This document shows positions 35,601 through 37,897 of a stretch of DNA of 37,897 bases, piece after piece. This stretch comes from Reclinomonas americana ATCC 50394 (taxonomy: Eukaryota): assembly GCA_048213135.1 (NCBI GenBank), contig PS015028.1, forward strand, positions 405,604 through 443,500. The letters run 5' to 3'. The notes beneath the pieces are model-generated. The model did not search any database and had not been told where the DNA came from. It saw nothing but the letters and a program-made list of their open reading frames with translations. The translations under genes were made by a program, and so were the position numbers. Positions within the stretch are counted from its first letter, which is position 1, and each line of letters starts with the position of its first letter.

Positions 35601-37897
35601 CTCTTAGAGGCAACCGTGTGCACATGCACTGTATTCTTGTGTGCGTTGGTCGTCTGTTCTCTCTCTCTTCCCCCTCCAGGTTCCTTACTCACTCCACCTC
35701 CTCCCCACCAACAGAATCACTGCCCGCCGAGCTCAAGGAGACCCTCAAGCAGCGCCTGGTTGAATTCGGTGCGCGCCTGGACGAGCGTGAGGGTGGCACG
35801 CGTCTGCGATTCGGCACGTCGGAGAGCGACGCATCGGTGGCTCTGATCATCAATGCCAAGAAGTGCTTGGCCAAGGTCGAGGTGAGTAACTCGAATCACA
35901 CTCCTGCTTTAGTGCCACATATATGATTCACCTCGCCTCTCTTGCAGCTCCGCACTGTGCTCTCGGAGGGCGACCGCGTGTGTCGCTTCTGCTCCACTCC
36001 ACTCACGCCGGCCAACACGTACCCGGTGTGTTGGCGCTCCCCCCCAATCCCCCTCCCTGTGCTCGCAACTCACTTGCCTTGCGGTGGACGCAGAATCCAC
36101 CATCGCTGGCCCTGGTCAACGTATGCACCGACGACTACTGCACGGCCAAGCTCCAGAATTCGTGCCAGAAGTTGCTGCCGTGCCAGCACCACTGTGGCGG
36201 TGTGTGCGACGAAGCGCACTGCCTGCCGTGCCTGCAATGTGGTGTCGGACTGTCGCAGGACAAGGACGACTATTGCAACATTTGCTGGACGGAGGCACTC
36301 GGTGCGGCACCGTGCATCCGCCTCGGGTGCGGACACGTGTTCCACATTGACTGTGTGCGCGCCATGTTGGCGCAAAAGTGGGGCGGCTACCGCATCCACT
36401 TCTCGTTCATGAAGTGCCCGCTGTGCAAGACGGTGATGGATCACCCGGTGTTGGATGCGGAGTTGGCGCCCATGCGCGCACTCTTCAATGTGGTGAAGGA
36501 GAAGGCGCTGTTGCGGCTACGCCACGAGAATTTGCTCGAGGCTCCCGATATCACGCAGGAGGGCATGCCGTTCTATCACGATCCGGCCGGGTATGCCATG
36601 GATCGATTCAATTATTTCCAGTGTTCGAGGTGCAAGGTTTGTGGGGGCAAAAAAGAGGGAAGGGGAGGGGGAAGAGAGGGAGGGAGGGGGAAAGGGAGAG
36701 GGAGGGGAGGGGAAGGAGAGTGACAAAGAGATTTTGTGAGTCAGCGTGTGTGTGGGAGGGGGAAGAGAGGGAGAAAGAAGTGACAAAGAGATTTTGTGAG
36801 TTAGCGTGTGTGCGAGTGATTTGTGTATGTGTGTGTGCTCCTGAGGCGTTTAGTATGAGTACCGCTGTATGTGTATGTGATCGTGAGTTCGTGTTGGTTT
36901 GTTGATGTGGTTGTGTTCTCTGCGAGTGTTGTTTGTATTCAATTATGAGTGTCTGAGTGTGTTTGTTCGAGCGTGTCGCACATTCACAACCAAGAGAGTG
37001 ATCGAGTGAGCATGTGTGTGTGTATGTGTGTGTNNNNNNNNNNNNNNNNNNNNNNNNNNNNNNNNNNNNNNNNNNNNNNNNNNNNNNNNNNNNNNNNNNN
37101 NNNNNNNNNNNNNNNNNNNNNNNNNNNNNNNNNNNNNNNNNNNNNNNNNNNNNNNNNNNNNNNNNNNNNNNNNNNNNNNNNNNNNNNNNNNNNNNNNNNN
37201 NNNNNNNNNNNNNNNNNNNNNNNNNNNNNNNNNNNNNNNNNNNNNNNNNNNNNNNNNNNNNNNNNNNNNNNNNNNNNNNNNNNNNNNNNNNNNNNNNNNN
37301 NNNNNNNNNNNNNNNNNNNNNNNNNNNNNNNNNNNTGCGCGTGTATTGGTGCTTTGTGCCTGTTACAGCGTGCATGTTATGTCTGTTTTGTGTGTCCGTT
37401 TGTGTGCGTGTGTGTGTTTTGTGTGTGTCTACTTTGCGTGTTTTGTTGCATCGTGTCTATTACAGTGTGCATTTTGTGTTGTTCTGTGTGTCTGTTGCTG
37501 TTTGTGAGTGAGTGCGTGCGTGTGTATTTGTGTTGATTGTGTCTGCGACTATGTGCGCTTGTGTATGTTGCTAAATGGGTATTCGAGCGTGAGGTGCGTT
37601 TCTGTTTTCTGCAAGTGGGAGATGCTATCTTTGTGTTTCTTCTCTGCGCCCTCCCGTTTATATCCTCACCATCTCTCGTTTGCCAACAGAATCCCTACTT
37701 CGGCGGAGAAAGACAGTGCGGCCAGGAGGCGCCGCCGCACTTCGATCCAAGTGAACTGGTGTGCGGCTCGTGTGTGGCGGGTGACGCTGGGTTGGAGTGT
37801 CCGAAGCACGGCAAGGTATGTTGGGAGGCGATGGACTGCTTGGGGAGTTGGTTGCTCACTCCCGGTGTTGTGCAGGAATATCTCGAATTCAAGTGTC
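17414..37897 (+). CDS. MYCBP2: Giant PHR-family (MYCBP2/PAM/Highwire/RPM-1-like) RING-Cys-Relay E3 ubiquitin ligase, ~40 exons, 3' end beyond the window
   Basis: Blocks collinear with recalled MYCBP2 sequence: ISRVALGYS..GLLYRD..VDPTTL..TSDG (20448-20740), RCC1-like repeats, DOC/APC10-like domain (inverted piece), DEAYDFELLSLV..GAHFL..QRVALFTLRRVL (34310-34490), FLLGCVAKAFEVEVK, and C-terminal [54 protein letters not shown]...FYHDPAGYAMDRF..CK|NPYFGGERQC..FDPSELVCGSC..CPKHGK|EYLEFKC. The start exon 17414-17581 (MLASPVRSP...) and its links to 18746 are tentative. Confidence 0.88.
17885..18530. repeat. Tandem direct repeat, ~255-280 bp unit, ~2.4 copies (probably intronic)
   Basis: TATTTGCATGCACGTGGCACTTTGATCGTACTTCAATTCGAGTCTGGACTC at ~17959 and ~18211; matching CACGTGCGCTGTTGCA..TTGTTCGTAACTTGCA at ~18090 and ~18372; a degenerate third start at ~18448. 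Confidence 0.92.
20911..21228 (+). other. UBR-type zinc finger (UBR box) exons within the giant E3 gene
   Basis: Exons 20911-21033 and 21100-21228 give CTRDWTRDVYVNQIDFTCAECATDPSWCVCAACARMCHAEKGHHVQLKRWGNSYCDCRDCGSCGC, matching the zf-UBR Cys/His pattern. Confidence 0.75.
21288..22877 (+). other. RCC1-like repeat region within the giant E3 gene
   Basis: DDGLLYTCGLN, FALAVSTDGVVYAWGDSDLGRG, ITSVAAGKTHSFALSVDGTLYVTGDNLNNRLG, RRLMVAGLNAMGELG. Confidence 0.85.
29515..29620. repeat. Compound (GA)n/(GT)n microsatellite, intronic
   Basis: Directly visible. Confidence 0.95.
30616..31814 (-). CDS. Three exons of the MYCBP2-like gene (including the DOC/APC10-like domain) lying in reverse orientation between two gaps
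   Basis: Exons 31814-31619, 31553-31323 and 31255-30616 encode LCLRSLCVSFRLRDHNMLNRLRVF..., VTEEFDITVPDAVDQARNLVDHNPNSYWQ..., IALLVDHLRD..., LNDLQQQLFGMV. There is no start or stop of its own, and its entry and exit phases match the flanking + strand exons. Confidence 0.85.
32385..34206 (+). other. Cluster of about four UBA-like helical repeats within the giant E3 gene
   Basis: ELDMDLNLCVCLLLNSRDDVALARDRL; LMQAGFDANLACAAAAECKGGIEQAFEAVL; LIADGYCQALVDKAFEINERNVERTARWL; NLGYPFNLALIAIIQSNGNVDMAANVLM. These fit the UBA pattern (MGF/GY loop ... N.(E/D).A...L), the first one most weakly. Confidence 0.7.
35050..35362. repeat. 81-bp minisatellite, ~3.9 near-identical copies, in intron 34960-35714
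   Basis: GCATGATGCGTTGTGTG starts at 35050, 35131, 35212 and 35293. Confidence 0.95.
35948..37897 (+). other. RING-H2 + tandem-cysteine (RCR) catalytic module, partial
   Basis: Exons 35948-36025, 36094-36636, 37690-37815 and 37876-end. RING-H2 CNIC...CGHVFHIDC...CPLC; YFGGERQC with the Cys codon at 37717-37719. Confidence 0.9.

Larger units (their letters stand above)
2170..37335. other. Eight scaffold gaps: 2170-2775, 4339-4979, 6905-7539, 13686-14508, 19837-20003, 30071-30395, 31946-32344, 37034-37335
   Basis: Runs of N, mostly adjacent to microsatellite or repeat sequence. Confidence 1.

Overview
Draft-assembly eukaryotic DNA (8 N-gaps, many microsatellites) from an intron-dense organism, probably a flagellated unicell. 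Most introns are ~53-75 nt GT-AG; a few are expanded by repeats. The ORF track is largely misleading here, so I built spliced gene models by hand, and family calls rest on recalled motif similarity, not database searches. Contents in order: (1) a minus-strand CFAP69 gene (1-5452, runs off the window); (2) a ~2 kb foldback-type inverted-repeat element; (3) an NRDP1/PDZRN3-like RING + TRAF-zinc-finger gene (7963-~10409); (4) an unknown, probably mitochondrial membrane protein gene (minus, 11836-16483); (5) a >20 kb MYCBP2/PHR-family giant E3 ligase gene (~17414 to beyond 37897). The ligase ends in a RING-Cys-Relay module and carries apparent extra domains (UBR box, two SH3-like repeats, CUB-like domain, four UBA-like repeats). 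One gap-bounded piece of it (30396-31945) is in reverse orientation. The most striking signal is a recurrent atypical 5' splice-site class (H|GTTGCG, GTTGAGT, GTTGTGT, GTTACG) that looks like the normal donor shifted by one base and occurs only when the last exon base is not G.
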